Numbered from the stretch's first letter, positions 15,598-25,082 are shown. The stretch is 47,770 nucleotides of DNA from Alphaproteobacteria bacterium (GCA_017452885.1 JAFTLF010000001.1:1-47770), one strand, 5' to 3'. Program-made: numbers and translations. Notes: a model not told the origin generated them from the sequence alone.

Positions 15598-16159
15598 TAT
15601 TTTTCGCTCCCCTTTTTAGCATCCGCCCAAAAGTCCGCACTCGCCAAATAAAATGCTTTCTCGCTTGGGCTTAGGTTTAATATCTCGTCAGGCTTGAAAC
15701 CTTTCTCGAGATAATAGGACACCAAAAAAAGCTCGGTGTCCTTTTTTATCAGTTTTTTAAGTCGTCTACCTCTTCTGCAACTTCCTGAGCTTCGCCGATT
15801 TTGTTTTCTTGAACAATAGCGGCCCAAAGGACAATCAGATCATCCGAGCTAAACAAAGTATCTAAAATTTGATAATAATTCGAGATCAGCTTTTGCTCTT
15901 TGGCTTTTGTGGCCAACGGTGCAAGTCCGCAACACTCATAAATGGTTTGTTTGACCACCTGATTGTTGAAAACATCCGCCATACACTTCATTTCAAATTT
16001 TAAGCCAAAATTCAAACGTCTCTTTTCCGCACGAGTTAATGTGCGAAATGTAAAGTTCTCTTTCAAGTCCGGCAAATAAACACTCCTTTCTTGAGTTTCT
16101 TCCTCTTTTTTATTTGCCTCGATTACTTTAAGATACTTTTCAAGTCTGCTCTGATCCAT
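15597..16159 (-). CDS. Tail assembly chaperone, -1 frameshift extended form
   Basis: Slippery A_AAA_AAC (minus strand, 15758-15752) is the last two sense codons before TGA. The -1 frame stays open to 15597 and reads LIKKDTELFLVSYYLEKGFKPDEILNL... Confidence 0.65.
15749..16159 (-). CDS. Tail assembly chaperone, short form (XkdN-like, 136 aa)
   Basis: Position between tube and tape measure. Ends ...DDLKN* immediately after the slippery heptamer. Confidence 0.75.
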   Translation of the reverse strand: MDQSRLEKYLKVIEANKKEEETQERSVYLPDLKENFTFRTLTRAEKRRLNFGLKFEMKCMADVFNNQVVKQTIYECCGLAPLATKAKEQKLISNYYQILDTLFSSDDLIVLWAAIVQENKIGEAQEVAEEVDDLKN

Positions 16160-16162
16160 TGC

Positions 16163-16603
16163 CTATTCCTCCGGAAAGATTTCGTCGTTAACAACTAAGT
16201 CAGACGGTGTAAAGCGGAAAGAAATCTCTTTGCTTATCAACGCGCCTTTTTCCATTCCTAAGAAAGGAACGCTGTCAAGACTGATGTTGTTGATGGTATA
16301 ACCCTCTTGCTGACCATTCAAAGCAGATGGATCTTTTAAGTTTGTTTCGATAACGAAACGAGGATCTTTTCCGCCTTGGTATGCTTTGGCCAATTTAGAG
16401 GTTAAATTGTCGGTTTGGTTAAATGTTAATGTTCCCTCGCCGGTTTGAGAAACCAATTTGCGATCGACATCAGAACCAACCGGAACGTCTTCGTAGTTGT
16501 TTGTGATTGATGCGGTTATGTTGGTAACATTGCCAACTTCAATACCGTCAAACCAAACACGTCCCCATGTGCCACAAAGAACTTGAGTTGCAGGTTTATC
16601 CAT
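16163..16603 (-). CDS. Tail tube protein (XkdM-like, 146 aa)
   Basis: Size, position after the sheath, and the pattern GTWGRVWFDGIEVGNV..GEGTLTFNQ typical of XkdM-type tubes. Confidence 0.8.
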   Translation of the reverse strand: MDKPATQVLCGTWGRVWFDGIEVGNVTNITASITNNYEDVPVGSDVDRKLVSQTGEGTLTFNQTDNLTSKLAKAYQGGKDPRFVIETNLKDPSALNGQQEGYTINNISLDSVPFLGMEKGALISKEISFRFTPSDLVVNDEIFPEE

Positions 16604-16605
16604 GT

Positions 16606-17688
16606 TTATTCTCCCTCAAACAAGTTAATTAACAAGTCAAGGTCTTCCATGACATCAGTTGGTGCAACTGTGCCGTCAAGACCAACATAAGCACCGGTAT
16701 TGTATTGCAAAACTTCTTCATAAGACATTTCTGCGGTGCTGATGCCCATGCCCTCGAGATACAATTTGTTCTTTTCATAAGAAACTTTGACCTCGTTTGT
16801 CATATTCTCATCAAGCAATAACGGTGTTAATTTTTTAAGATATGTGTTGATTGCGCCGCAAAAACGAACTTTGTTTGCGTAATCGTTAACATATTTTCCA
16901 ACATAGCTGTTGCGGTATGTGGTAACAATATCTTCTTTGATAAGGTCCAAAGTTGAAACAATGCGAATTTTTTGAAAATCTGCAGAAACATTTGTGCCAA
17001 GTGTTACCAAAGAGTTAATAGCGCGACCGAGCTTGTATTTGTTGTCTTCAAACAAAACAACCAACTTACCGGCGGCAGCGGATGCATCGGCATCGGCCAC
17101 AAGGTCCATATCAACAATTTCGGCCAACTCAAAATAAGTGGCTGATTGAGTGTCGCTTAAACCTGCCAAAATACCGGCAATGCGGCATGTATATTCTGCA
17201 CCGGTAATTTCGGTGGCCACGCCATTGTATGAAATCTTTGCATTGTCAAATTCTGCAAAGTTAATAATAGCTTGTGTGTCCGGGTTTGATGCGTTATACA
17301 AAACAGCTTTACCGAAGCCTTTGAGTTTAGAACGAACTTCTTCAAGATAACTTTTCAAAGCTGTATGATCGGCTTCTTGTGCGGCCGGCATAGCAACGTA
17401 GTTAAATCTGTTCTTCTTAAGCAAAGCAACGGTGTCGTTAATTTGCGCTTGCTTTTTAATCAAAATGACCTTGCGAGGTTTACCGCGGAAAGTCAAATCC
17501 AAAAGCAAATGAGTTTTTGCCGAAACTTTAGTGCTATCTACTTCGCTAAAATTGTTAAACACACTAACGTTATCGGTCAATGTGTCGTCTTCGAGAACGA
17601 GAGCAACAATTCCTTGAGCGGAGCGGTTGATAGCAGTTACAGCCTTTCTTATGAATTCAATAATAAAAGTAGGTTGATTTTGTGCCAT
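16606..17688 (-). CDS. Contractile tail sheath protein (360 aa)
   Basis: Position upstream of the tube. N-terminal PTFIIEFIRKAVTAINRSAQGIVALVLED is sheath-like. Confidence 0.8.
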   Translation of the reverse strand: MAQNQPTFIIEFIRKAVTAINRSAQGIVALVLEDDTLTDNVSVFNNFSEVDSTKVSAKTHLLLDLTFRGKPRKVILIKKQAQINDTVALLKKNRFNYVAMPAAQEADHTALKSYLEEVRSKLKGFGKAVLYNASNPDTQAIINFAEFDNAKISYNGVATEITGAEYTCRIAGILAGLSDTQSATYFELAEIVDMDLVADADASAAAGKLVVLFEDNKYKLGRAINSLVTLGTNVSADFQKIRIVSTLDLIKEDIVTTYRNSYVGKYVNDYANKVRFCGAINTYLKKLTPLLLDENMTNEVKVSYEKNKLYLEGMGISTAEMSYEEVLQYNTGAYVGLDGTVAPTDVMEDLDLLINLFEGE

Positions 17689-17689
17689 T

Positions 17690-18157
17690 TTATTTCTCCG
17701 ATTTAGTTAAATCAAGGGCAAGAGTTTCCATCTTGTCAAGATTATCATTATCTATTTTTACTTCGGTGTCAATTTGATAATTCAAGTCAAACACCAGTTG
17801 ACCAAAGCCATCAACGATATTGCTTTCAAAACTATCGGTTTTGATAAAACACTTATGTTCGCGCCTTGTGTATTGAAATCCGGGAAGCAATTTGTTTTCC
17901 ATTTTTTCCATGAATTCATACAACTTGTCATCTTCGGTAGTGGATGCGTAAGCAAACTCAACAACGCAAGTCGCGTTAATGTCTTTATATCGAGCGGCTT
18001 CCATTATATCGGCTCTAAAATTTGAAAAATAGATGTTGATAAATGGATATTCAACACTATTAACCCGGCCAAAGTAATAATGTATTTCTTGGCCATCAAA
18101 AAGCAAAGGCGAGAGAGCCTCTTGCAGCGCATTTGCTAATTCTTCTTGTTGGTTCAT
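17690..18157 (-). CDS. Tail completion / sheath-terminator-like protein (155 aa)
   Basis: Synteny between the gp10-like gene and the sheath. Confidence 0.5.
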   Translation of the reverse strand: MNQQEELANALQEALSPLLFDGQEIHYYFGRVNSVEYPFINIYFSNFRADIMEAARYKDINATCVVEFAYASTTEDDKLYEFMEKMENKLLPGFQYTRREHKCFIKTDSFESNIVDGFGQLVFDLNYQIDTEVKIDNDNLDKMETLALDLTKSEK

Positions 18158-18540
18158 TTCTCTAAAATACCTCCTATAATATCGCTAACAACGGGTTTAA
18201 TTTTTTTCAAAGTCGTTTTAACACTGTCATGGCCAACGAGGTAAGCCTGTGTTTTTCTTCCGGTATCAACACCGGATGATGTAACAATGCGGTGGCCATA
18301 TTCAAGGTGGCTTGCGTATTCGGCCTCGTTAATGCACTCAACAACGGTGTCTTTGCCGGCTTTTTTTGTTTCTGCGCGCCAAGAGCGGCGATAGTTACCG
18401 GTTTTAACAAGTTTCTTCCGGTTGGTTCTTTTAACCGCCTCTTGCATAAAGATTTTGCCGGCTTCGTCTCCGATATCCTCAAATGCCTCGGCGACCTGCT
18501 CGGCTCTTTCCTCATATTTTCTGCGCATATTTTCAAACAT
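18154..18540 (-). CDS. HK97 gp10-like head-tail joining protein (128 aa)
   Basis: TGNYRRSWRAE and HLEYGH motifs are typical of the gp10 family. Synteny supports the call. Confidence 0.6.
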   Translation of the reverse strand: MFENMRRKYEERAEQVAEAFEDIGDEAGKIFMQEAVKRTNRKKLVKTGNYRRSWRAETKKAGKDTVVECINEAEYASHLEYGHRIVTSSGVDTGRKTQAYLVGHDSVKTTLKKIKPVVSDIIGGILEK

Positions 18541-18893
18541 TAAGCAACCTCAATCGCAACCGGTGTAAAATAACACTTTGTTTGACAAGTTTTCTCATAA
18601 ACTCGACTTCTTCCGGCATAGACTTTGAAGTTTTGACCGCCGGCAGTAGTCACTTCAATAACATCGTTTAACTCGATTTTGTATTCCGGGGAGCAAAACA
18701 ACTTAAAATCATAGTCCACGCTTTTAACCTTTCGGTTTTCGTGCGCGCCAGTAAGGCTGTTTTCGCTCAAATGACAAGGGATGTTCTCATAGACGTTATA
18801 TTGACCGTTTTTTTCAAAATGGCTTCCCTTGACCGTCATTTGCCGCTTAACGGTGGCCTTATCAATCCAGGATATTCTCGTCATCTTCTCCAA
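18540..18893 (-). CDS. Head closure / head-tail adaptor protein (117 aa)
   Basis: Synteny. Overlaps the upstream connector gene. Confidence 0.5.
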   Translation of the reverse strand: MEKMTRISWIDKATVKRQMTVKGSHFEKNGQYNVYENIPCHLSENSLTGAHENRKVKSVDYDFKLFCSPEYKIELNDVIEVTTAGGQNFKVYAGRSRVYEKTCQTKCYFTPVAIEVA

Positions 18894-19245
18894 TGCTCCT
18901 TATTTTGCGAAAGTTTTCAAGCAAGTTGGCTTCGTTGAAAGCATTGTCAGCGGCAGAGTAAGACCAAGTCCAAGAGGCATCGCCCTCTTTATACGAGGTT
19001 AACTTTTTGTCGCTCATACCGGCATTTGTTGAAAAACCATCATCGGCCAATATTGCGTTGGCGGCGATTTTAGCTGTTATGCGCTCCAATGCGACCGGCA
19101 TATCGTCACGATTGCAGTATGCCAAAACCTCGTCAATGACAGTATCAATGATAAGATTTGATTTTACGTCAAGCTCTTGACCGGCAAACAAAGCCGTATA
19201 TTCATAAATCTTTTTTCTTTGTTCGGCAGTAATTTCTTTTGTCAT
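18862..19245 (-). CDS. gp6-like head-tail connector protein (127 aa)
   Basis: IIDTVIDEVLAYCNRDDMP pattern of the Phage_connect_1-type family. First gene after the capsid block. Confidence 0.6.
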   Translation of the reverse strand: MTKEITAEQRKKIYEYTALFAGQELDVKSNLIIDTVIDEVLAYCNRDDMPVALERITAKIAANAILADDGFSTNAGMSDKKLTSYKEGDASWTWSYSAADNAFNEANLLENFRKIRSIGEDDENILD

Positions 19246-19292
19246 GATTTTCTCCTTTCAAAAATAGAATAACAAAATAAAAAAAATAAACA

Positions 19293-19323
19293 ACAAAAAA
19301 GACCCCGTTAAAAAACGAGGTCC
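19293..19323 (-). terminator. Rho-independent terminator after the capsid block
   Basis: Minus-strand RNA forms GACCUCG-8 nt loop-CGGGGUC (7 bp including a U.G pair), followed by UUUUUU. On the plus strand the same stem has a C/A mismatch. Confidence 0.65.
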
Positions 19324-19451
19324 TTTTGTTTACCAAGGAGGTGACTATGATAAAGAACTATTGTGAATATATTTTATACACAAAAAAATAATTTTTGCAA
19401 TAGAAAAGTTGGCCGCTTTCGCTAAACCAACTTCCCTTGCAGACAATAGAC
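19293..19451 (-). ncRNA. Candidate ~160-nt small transcript (promoter to terminator) containing CACCUCCUU
   Basis: Bounded by the TTGACA-N17-TAAACT promoter and the terminator. No SD-led ORF on this strand. Internal hairpin AAGUUGG..CCAACUU. Confidence 0.25.
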
Positions 19452-19457
19452 ATTAAA

Positions 19458-19486
19458 AGTTTAAGTAATCAAACAGAAAATGTCAA
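19458..19486 (-). promoter_or_regulatory. Sigma-70-type promoter TTGACA-N17-TAAACT
   Basis: The -35 (19486-19481) abuts the stop of the 60-aa gene. The 17-nt spacer was counted. Shares ATTGACATTT with the three early promoters. Confidence 0.45.
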
Positions 19487-19669
19487 TTATAATTTATCGG
19501 CATTATCTTGAGCTTTTGATCCGTTTTCTTTTTCGGCCTTTTTTTCAGGCTTTTTTTCTTCGGTCAATTTAGGCTCTTTGACTTCTACCGGTTTGTAACC
19601 CATGTTTTTATATTCCGGAACGTTTTTTTCAGGAATAAAACGAGTAATACCGTCTTTATACATCCACAT
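19487..19669 (-). CDS. Small Lys/Glu-rich protein after major capsid gene (60 aa)
   Basis: ORF lies 12 nt after the capsid-gene stop. The K/E-rich tail suggests a possible head accessory protein. Confidence 0.5.
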   Translation of the reverse strand: MWMYKDGITRFIPEKNVPEYKNMGYKPVEVKEPKLTEEKKPEKKAEKENGSKAQDNADKL

Positions 19670-19681
19670 GGCTACACCTCA

Positions 19682-20578
19682 CTACGCAGAGGGTTTAGTG
19701 TGAACGTAGATACCTTGAGCTTTGTTAGCCAAAACGAAAGTATCGTGGTAAAGACGGAAGTCAAATTGATATGCGTCTTTGTTTTGGTTTTCGTCAGGAG
19801 TGATGAGCTTAGCAACAGCCAATTTAGAAACGTTGTAAGCAGCGCCTTTATCCATCAAGATAAAGTTGATATCAAGACCTGAACCATCGGTTTTTGCATA
19901 ACCACCGGCAGTAGATGTAGCGCCAGGGTTTAATGTAATACCTTTAATCAAACGAGTTTGCGGAACGCGAACAATTTGAATACCGTTATATGTTTCAATG
20001 CGGTTTTCAATAGATCTTTCACCGTTTGAAGTGCTACGAGTGATATTGTCAGACAACAACTGAGCAACAGTTGGAGTAACGAACAATGCCAAGCGAGCAG
20101 AATCGATTTCTTTTTCTTCCAAGTTAACAATAGCTGTATCTATAGCCTTTTTAACAGAAGAACCGTCTAAAGCACCGCTAACATTTACAACACCATCAGC
20201 AGATGCGATTTTGCTAAAACGATATGCATCGATTTCAGGCACAACATAACGGCGCAAATATTCGCCAACGGCACGAGCGGCGATAAGATTAAAGCTTTCT
20301 TCGTTGTCCATACGGTCAACAGAGAAACGACGACCGCGGTCGTTGGTAAATGTGTGAGTTTCCCAATCGAGAGTAATATCTCCCTCAGGAAATCCTGTTT
20401 GTTTGTTGTAGTCGCCCAAGCCTACCATGTCCAATTTAGCGATTTTAACAACGTTTGCATCGCTAGTCTGTTGAACGAACTCGGCAGGAGCTTCCAATAT
20501 TGTAGATTTTGCCTCGGCTTTGTAAACCTCATCAATCAGCGGCAACATTTTTTCTACAAGAGTGATTTTATTTGCCAT
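19682..20578 (-). CDS. Major capsid protein (298 aa)
   Basis: Follows the scaffold gene. VVPEIDAYRFSKIA and FTNDRGRRFSVDRMDNEES patterns occur in coat proteins of this size class. Confidence 0.8.
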   Translation of the reverse strand: MANKITLVEKMLPLIDEVYKAEAKSTILEAPAEFVQQTSDANVVKIAKLDMVGLGDYNKQTGFPEGDITLDWETHTFTNDRGRRFSVDRMDNEESFNLIAARAVGEYLRRYVVPEIDAYRFSKIASADGVVNVSGALDGSSVKKAIDTAIVNLEEKEIDSARLALFVTPTVAQLLSDNITRSTSNGERSIENRIETYNGIQIVRVPQTRLIKGITLNPGATSTAGGYAKTDGSGLDINFILMDKGAAYNVSKLAVAKLITPDENQNKDAYQFDFRLYHDTFVLANKAQGIYVHTKPSA

Positions 20579-20589
20579 AGTTTTTTTCC

Positions 20590-21132
20590 CTATTTAATAG
20601 GCAGTCCCATTGCTTTGCGCATTGCGGCATCTGCCATTGAGTTATTACCATTATCGTTACCTTTTGGAGTATGTGAGTTAATGCGTTTGTTAACTTCCTC
20701 CAAAACAGCATCTTCAAAGGTTTTTTTGAAGTTTGCGATTTCCTCTTTGGCTTTGTCGGCCTCGAGATTATAAAAAAGTTTTGCCGATATTTTAGGATTT
20801 AAGCCGCTTTCGGCAAAAATAGCATTGATTTGGTCTTGGTGTTCACGCAATTTCTTTTCTTCGCGCAAAGCTTCAAGTTCTTTCAAAGCCTTTTCGTTTT
20901 CGTATTTGGCTTTTTCTTCCTCTTTCATCTTGGCCGTTTTCTTCTGTTCTTCCAAATCGTTGGAATACTTAGTTTTTAAGGCTTCGATTTCATCGGCGTG
21001 CTTTTTACTGGCATCGCCTAAGCGTTTGTTGATGATTTCATCAATTTTGGCTTGCTGTTCTGCAGTAAATGTTACTTCGCCTTTGTTAGGATCTGCAGCA
21101 CCCTGTTCATTGGCATTTGCATTTTCAGACAT
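20590..21132 (-). CDS. Capsid scaffolding protein (180 aa)
   Basis: Highly charged coiled coil (E/K-rich) immediately upstream of the capsid gene. AAGGAG RBS. Confidence 0.7.
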   Translation of the reverse strand: MSENANANEQGAADPNKGEVTFTAEQQAKIDEIINKRLGDASKKHADEIEALKTKYSNDLEEQKKTAKMKEEEKAKYENEKALKELEALREEKKLREHQDQINAIFAESGLNPKISAKLFYNLEADKAKEEIANFKKTFEDAVLEEVNKRINSHTPKGNDNGNNSMADAAMRKAMGLPIK

Positions 21133-21189
21133 TTTTAACTCCTTTTGTTTCCGTTTACGCCCGTCGGCTGATTAAATCATTAACCAAAT

Positions 21190-22098
21190 TTAATCTTTTG
21201 TCAAACCGTATTTTTCATAAAGATATTTTGTGTTTGCTACCGGATAGGTCGTAGAGCGGCAATTTGGATGCATCGGAGGAACGTTGACACCCACTTTCGC
21301 ATCTTCAACGCGGTATGTTTTATTGTTATGTTCCCGGCATATTTTAGATGTCGAACTGTCTATTGTCGCTGCAAACTTGAAATATTTTGTGTTTGTTTCT
21401 TTGTAAATTCTAAAAATCGCCTGTTCGTGAACATGCGTTGTTTCCGTCCGGACAAGGCGCATTGCGTTATATGTATTTGTTTGAAAACGGTCGCGGATAT
21501 CCCGGGCCATTACATCAAGCGGAAGACCTTTTGCAATTCCGCTTGTCAAAGTTTTATCGAGAACTTTGCCGAGCTTGTTTCGGTCTTTCCAAATACGCGC
21601 AGACCAGTTTGTTTTACCAACCCAGGTTTGGTCGGCCAAGGTTTTAATAGTGGCCTTTGAAATACTTGACAAATCAATAGCATACCGCTTTGTAAATGTT
21701 TCAGATGCGAATTTATATGCCGAAGCTCCAACCTTGCTCAAAGTGGTGGCGATTTCTTTTTCACTCGATGATGTAAGCTCGGAAAGCCTAATCTGCAGGC
21801 TGATTTGCAAACCCTCAAGACGATTGAGTTTGTAAAGTTTTGCTTTCTCTGTGTATAACTGTTGAAGAATTTTATCGCGCTGTTCATAACTTGCCGCTTT
21901 TTTTAACTGGCGCATAAGTTCTTGTTTTTCTTTTACGGTTAAAAACTCATCAGCATAGGCAAGGTTAAACTCGTCAATTTCTTCGCTTATCTCTTTGAGT
22001 GCTTTTTTGAGCAATAGATTAAGACGGACCATTGAGTTGCTTTCAATTAAGTCCGTCATTTCTCTATTTTCGATTGCTCTTCTTTCCCAGTAGTTCAT
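21190..22098 (-). CDS. Head morphogenesis protein, SPP1 gp7 / Mu F-like (302 aa)
   Basis: C-terminal VPPMHPNCRSTTYP is the hallmark motif of the Mu F family. Follows the portal with a 4-nt overlap. Confidence 0.8.
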   Translation of the reverse strand: MNYWERRAIENREMTDLIESNSMVRLNLLLKKALKEISEEIDEFNLAYADEFLTVKEKQELMRQLKKAASYEQRDKILQQLYTEKAKLYKLNRLEGLQISLQIRLSELTSSSEKEIATTLSKVGASAYKFASETFTKRYAIDLSSISKATIKTLADQTWVGKTNWSARIWKDRNKLGKVLDKTLTSGIAKGLPLDVMARDIRDRFQTNTYNAMRLVRTETTHVHEQAIFRIYKETNTKYFKFAATIDSSTSKICREHNNKTYRVEDAKVGVNVPPMHPNCRSTTYPVANTKYLYEKYGLTKD

Positions 22099-23465
22099 TC
22101 TTTAGGCTCGTTTGTTTCACCAAGGCCGTCGTAGTTTTCCATAAACTGTTTAGCCTTTTCGCTTTCTTCTTCTTGCTTTTGTTTCATTTCGTCATCAACG
22201 TTTTTAATAAATGGCAATTGAGAAAGCAAAGTCTTATCAGAAACAATGCCGCTCAATTTTGAAACCATATCGTATAAATCGTTTTCAGACTTCGGCAGGT
22301 TCTTATAAAAGACGATATTAATGGCCTGCATCAAGTCGTAGTCTGTGCCGTTGCTTAAATTCATCATGTTAAGAATTAAATTGATGCGTTTTATCAGAGC
22401 CTTTTGGAAGTTGCGGACTTTTTGAGTGCGTGCCTGCTCAAGTCCCCAAAGTTTGAACTCCATAGCAACACCGGATTGATTTCCGCCAAAATCATCGCTC
22501 GATAAGTCCGGAGTTTGCGAGATTTGATAAATCAACTTCAAAATTGTGTCGATGTGGTATTTTATACCGTCAACATTGAGGTTTTTAATAACATATTCCA
22601 TTTTTGAGCCAACCGGCAACTTCGCAACCTTTGATTGATTTATGGCATTAATTGTTGCTTCATCTGTTCCGGATGCGCCATACATGGCCAAAATCGCGTT
22701 GGCGATACTTTGCAAATCGTCAGTATTGTTTGATGTGGCCAGGCTTATTGCATCGAGCAAATCGGTTATTGGTTCGTAGTCGCCTTTTTGGTCAGTTCCG
22801 TTTGAGAACTCAATTACCGGTATGTCCTTAAATAAATGATTAACGGTTTCTGTTATTTTTGCAGATGAGCCGTCCCATTTGAATTGTTTGATTTCGTCTT
22901 TTGAGTAAACATATCCCCACCACTCGGTTGTTTTTGTCAATTGGCTCACTTGTTTTTCATACATGTAAATTGCGCAGACCGGGGTTTGGAGAGGTGTATT
23001 ATCAACAACCATAAATGTTGTTTCGCTGTCAAGTTTAGCAAACTTTAATCTTTCGGACATCTTCTTTTTGCTGTCGTCTGTAACCATAACAATTTCATAA
23101 GCAGCACCATAGCAACTTGCATCAGAAGCAAGTTTAAAGTTTTCTTCATCTTCGTAGTTATTCGTGAAAATTGGCTCAAGGACATCTTTGAGCTTTTTGC
23201 CTTTTTCATCGTCCGCATAATCGTATGCTATGGCTTGACCGGCAAAATATCCGGTGTGAACATCCGTTATGTATTTGGCCAAATTGACGTTAATTGAGTA
23301 ATTAGGACGGTTTTTGACGACCTTTTTCTTAATTATGGCGTTTTTGCCATCATAATATTCGCCAAGTTTAACCAATCTTCCTCGATGGTTGCTTAAAAAG
23401 TTTGATATCCAGTCAGATATGTTCTTTTCAGTAATATCAGTATAATCTGTTACAATTTTCGTCAT
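22095..23465 (-). CDS. Portal protein (SPP1 gp6-like, 456 aa)
   Basis: Size and position directly after terL. Acidic C-terminal tail. Confidence 0.8.
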   Translation of the reverse strand: MTKIVTDYTDITEKNISDWISNFLSNHRGRLVKLGEYYDGKNAIIKKKVVKNRPNYSINVNLAKYITDVHTGYFAGQAIAYDYADDEKGKKLKDVLEPIFTNNYEDEENFKLASDASCYGAAYEIVMVTDDSKKKMSERLKFAKLDSETTFMVVDNTPLQTPVCAIYMYEKQVSQLTKTTEWWGYVYSKDEIKQFKWDGSSAKITETVNHLFKDIPVIEFSNGTDQKGDYEPITDLLDAISLATSNNTDDLQSIANAILAMYGASGTDEATINAINQSKVAKLPVGSKMEYVIKNLNVDGIKYHIDTILKLIYQISQTPDLSSDDFGGNQSGVAMEFKLWGLEQARTQKVRNFQKALIKRINLILNMMNLSNGTDYDLMQAINIVFYKNLPKSENDLYDMVSKLSGIVSDKTLLSQLPFIKNVDDEMKQKQEEESEKAKQFMENYDGLGETNEPKE

Positions 23466-24694
23466 GCTTCAATACCCTCAATTGCTATTGCTTTGTCAAA
23501 ATCGGACAATTCCGAATGAATGGCGTAGCGCACACCGTCCATTGTATCATCATTTTTTTTGACCGGTTCATCTTTGCCGTCCGCCCATACATAAGAATAA
23601 ATTTCTTTTTCAAAATTTGCAATACCTTTGCTATAAACAAAAAATTTCCCGGTTTTAATCAATGTGGCGACATCGGTTATCCCCTCGAGCACTGATTTGT
23701 TGGCATTGCAGGCATTAAGTCCGGCATTTATGAACTTCTCAACATACTCCGGTCTTGCGCTGTCGCAATAGAACTTTATATTGCCAAAAAGCTCTTTGAT
23801 TTTGAGTGCTTTTGGTAACCAAAAACTATCAACATCTTGATGTTGTCTTGCTATTTCCTTAATCAAAACAAATTCGCCTTTGTCCGTCACTCCAAACAAA
23901 ACAATTACACCGTTGTGTTCATAACCCCAGTCAACACCGGCCACATATTTTACAAAATTAAATCTATCGAGGCTGTTGATAACATGCTTGTTGTGGTCAT
24001 AGTCGACATAAACAACACCCTCGGGAGTAACCCACCGTCCTTTAATGTTTCTATCATAAAAAACCCCGGACGGAGTTGTTGTTTTAATGTTTTCAATGTA
24101 TCGCTGCGTTAAAAAGGTGTTGTCTTCAAGTTGAAAGCTAAACTCCGCGATTGTTTTATTGTCGGCCTTGTCAACATAATCAACCTTTAGCCAGTGGAGT
24201 GGATCGCCCGGGTTCGTATCAACGAGGACCTTTGCTTCACCGGCAGAGCAACGAGAGACGATTTCGTCAAAAACCTCTCTGTTGGCCATCGTTCCCTCGT
24301 TAACGAAAGCTCCCCAGGCGGTCATACCACGAATAACACCCAAACAACCAATATCGTCGTGGCCAAAACAGCAAACTTTAACTCCAAAGAGAAAAAACGC
24401 GTTCTCGATGTTGAGTTTTATTGTCAGACCATACCGGTTTTCAAGTTCGTTGATGATGTTTCTTCGAACAGAACCCAAAGAAGCTCCGGCCAGGATATAC
24501 TGCGGACAGATAACATTTTGTTCATCGGCGATTTTGCGAATGCGCCTTAATTCCGAGATAAACAGGTCAATATCAAGGACGGTTTTTCCGGCACGCTTTG
24601 CGCCATGCAGGATTAAGATTGAAAAATCGTTATTGTAATAATACCGCAAGACCGATTGTTGTTTCTTTGTGTATAACTTATCGAGATTTGTCAT
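23462..24694 (-). CDS. terL: Terminase large subunit (PBSX-type, 410 aa)
   Basis: Walker A LILHGAKRAGKT near the N-terminus. Nuclease-half motifs (VAGVDWGYEHNG, DDTMDGVRYA). Synteny supports the call. Confidence 0.9.
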   Translation of the reverse strand: MTNLDKLYTKKQQSVLRYYYNNDFSILILHGAKRAGKTVLDIDLFISELRRIRKIADEQNVICPQYILAGASLGSVRRNIINELENRYGLTIKLNIENAFFLFGVKVCCFGHDDIGCLGVIRGMTAWGAFVNEGTMANREVFDEIVSRCSAGEAKVLVDTNPGDPLHWLKVDYVDKADNKTIAEFSFQLEDNTFLTQRYIENIKTTTPSGVFYDRNIKGRWVTPEGVVYVDYDHNKHVINSLDRFNFVKYVAGVDWGYEHNGVIVLFGVTDKGEFVLIKEIARQHQDVDSFWLPKALKIKELFGNIKFYCDSARPEYVEKFINAGLNACNANKSVLEGITDVATLIKTGKFFVYSKGIANFEKEIYSYVWADGKDEPVKKNDDTMDGVRYAIHSELSDFDKAIAIEGIEA

Positions 24695-25073
24695 CTTTGA
24701 AAGCTCCCTCTAACTTTTCAAAATACTCGTCAAGTTTATCCTCGGCCCTACTGTCGCTCTTTGGTTCTTCGCCAATGGTCTGTTGAATTATCTTGAATGC
24801 TTTTGTGTTTCCATCGATGGCGGATTTTACCATACCAAAGACCATCGCCGCCTTATATGTCAAATCATCCGGATCGACATCCGGAAGATTATCCTTTAAG
24901 AATTTTTTTAACGACTTTCTTGGCCTTTGAGCAAGCACAAGATGAGCAAACTCGCGTAACGTCTTTTGTTTTTTCTTCGCAATGACGCTCGCTTTGCCTC
25001 CTTTGCGACTAAATTCCCGGAGCTCCTCCGGTGTCATGTCGCTTGTTTTTCTTAATCCCGAACCTCGTGCCAT
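24678..25073 (-). CDS. terS: Putative terminase small subunit (131 aa)
   Basis: Basic N-terminus. 17-nt overlap with terL. The call is from position only. Confidence 0.5.
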   Translation of the reverse strand: MARGSGLRKTSDMTPEELREFSRKGGKASVIAKKKQKTLREFAHLVLAQRPRKSLKKFLKDNLPDVDPDDLTYKAAMVFGMVKSAIDGNTKAFKIIQQTIGEEPKSDSRAEDKLDEYFEKLEGAFKDDKSR

Positions 25074-25082
25074 TTTTTCACT

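Noticed and set aside
19347-19391. Plus-strand 14-codon mini-ORF behind a perfect AAGGAGGTGA in the capsid/connector gap
   Set aside because: No plus-strand promoter is visible and the whole surrounding 30 kb is transcribed leftward. The SD-like sequence is more economically read as an anti-SD-like element in a minus-strand transcript. It is kept as an alternative in the sRNA finding rather than called as a gene.
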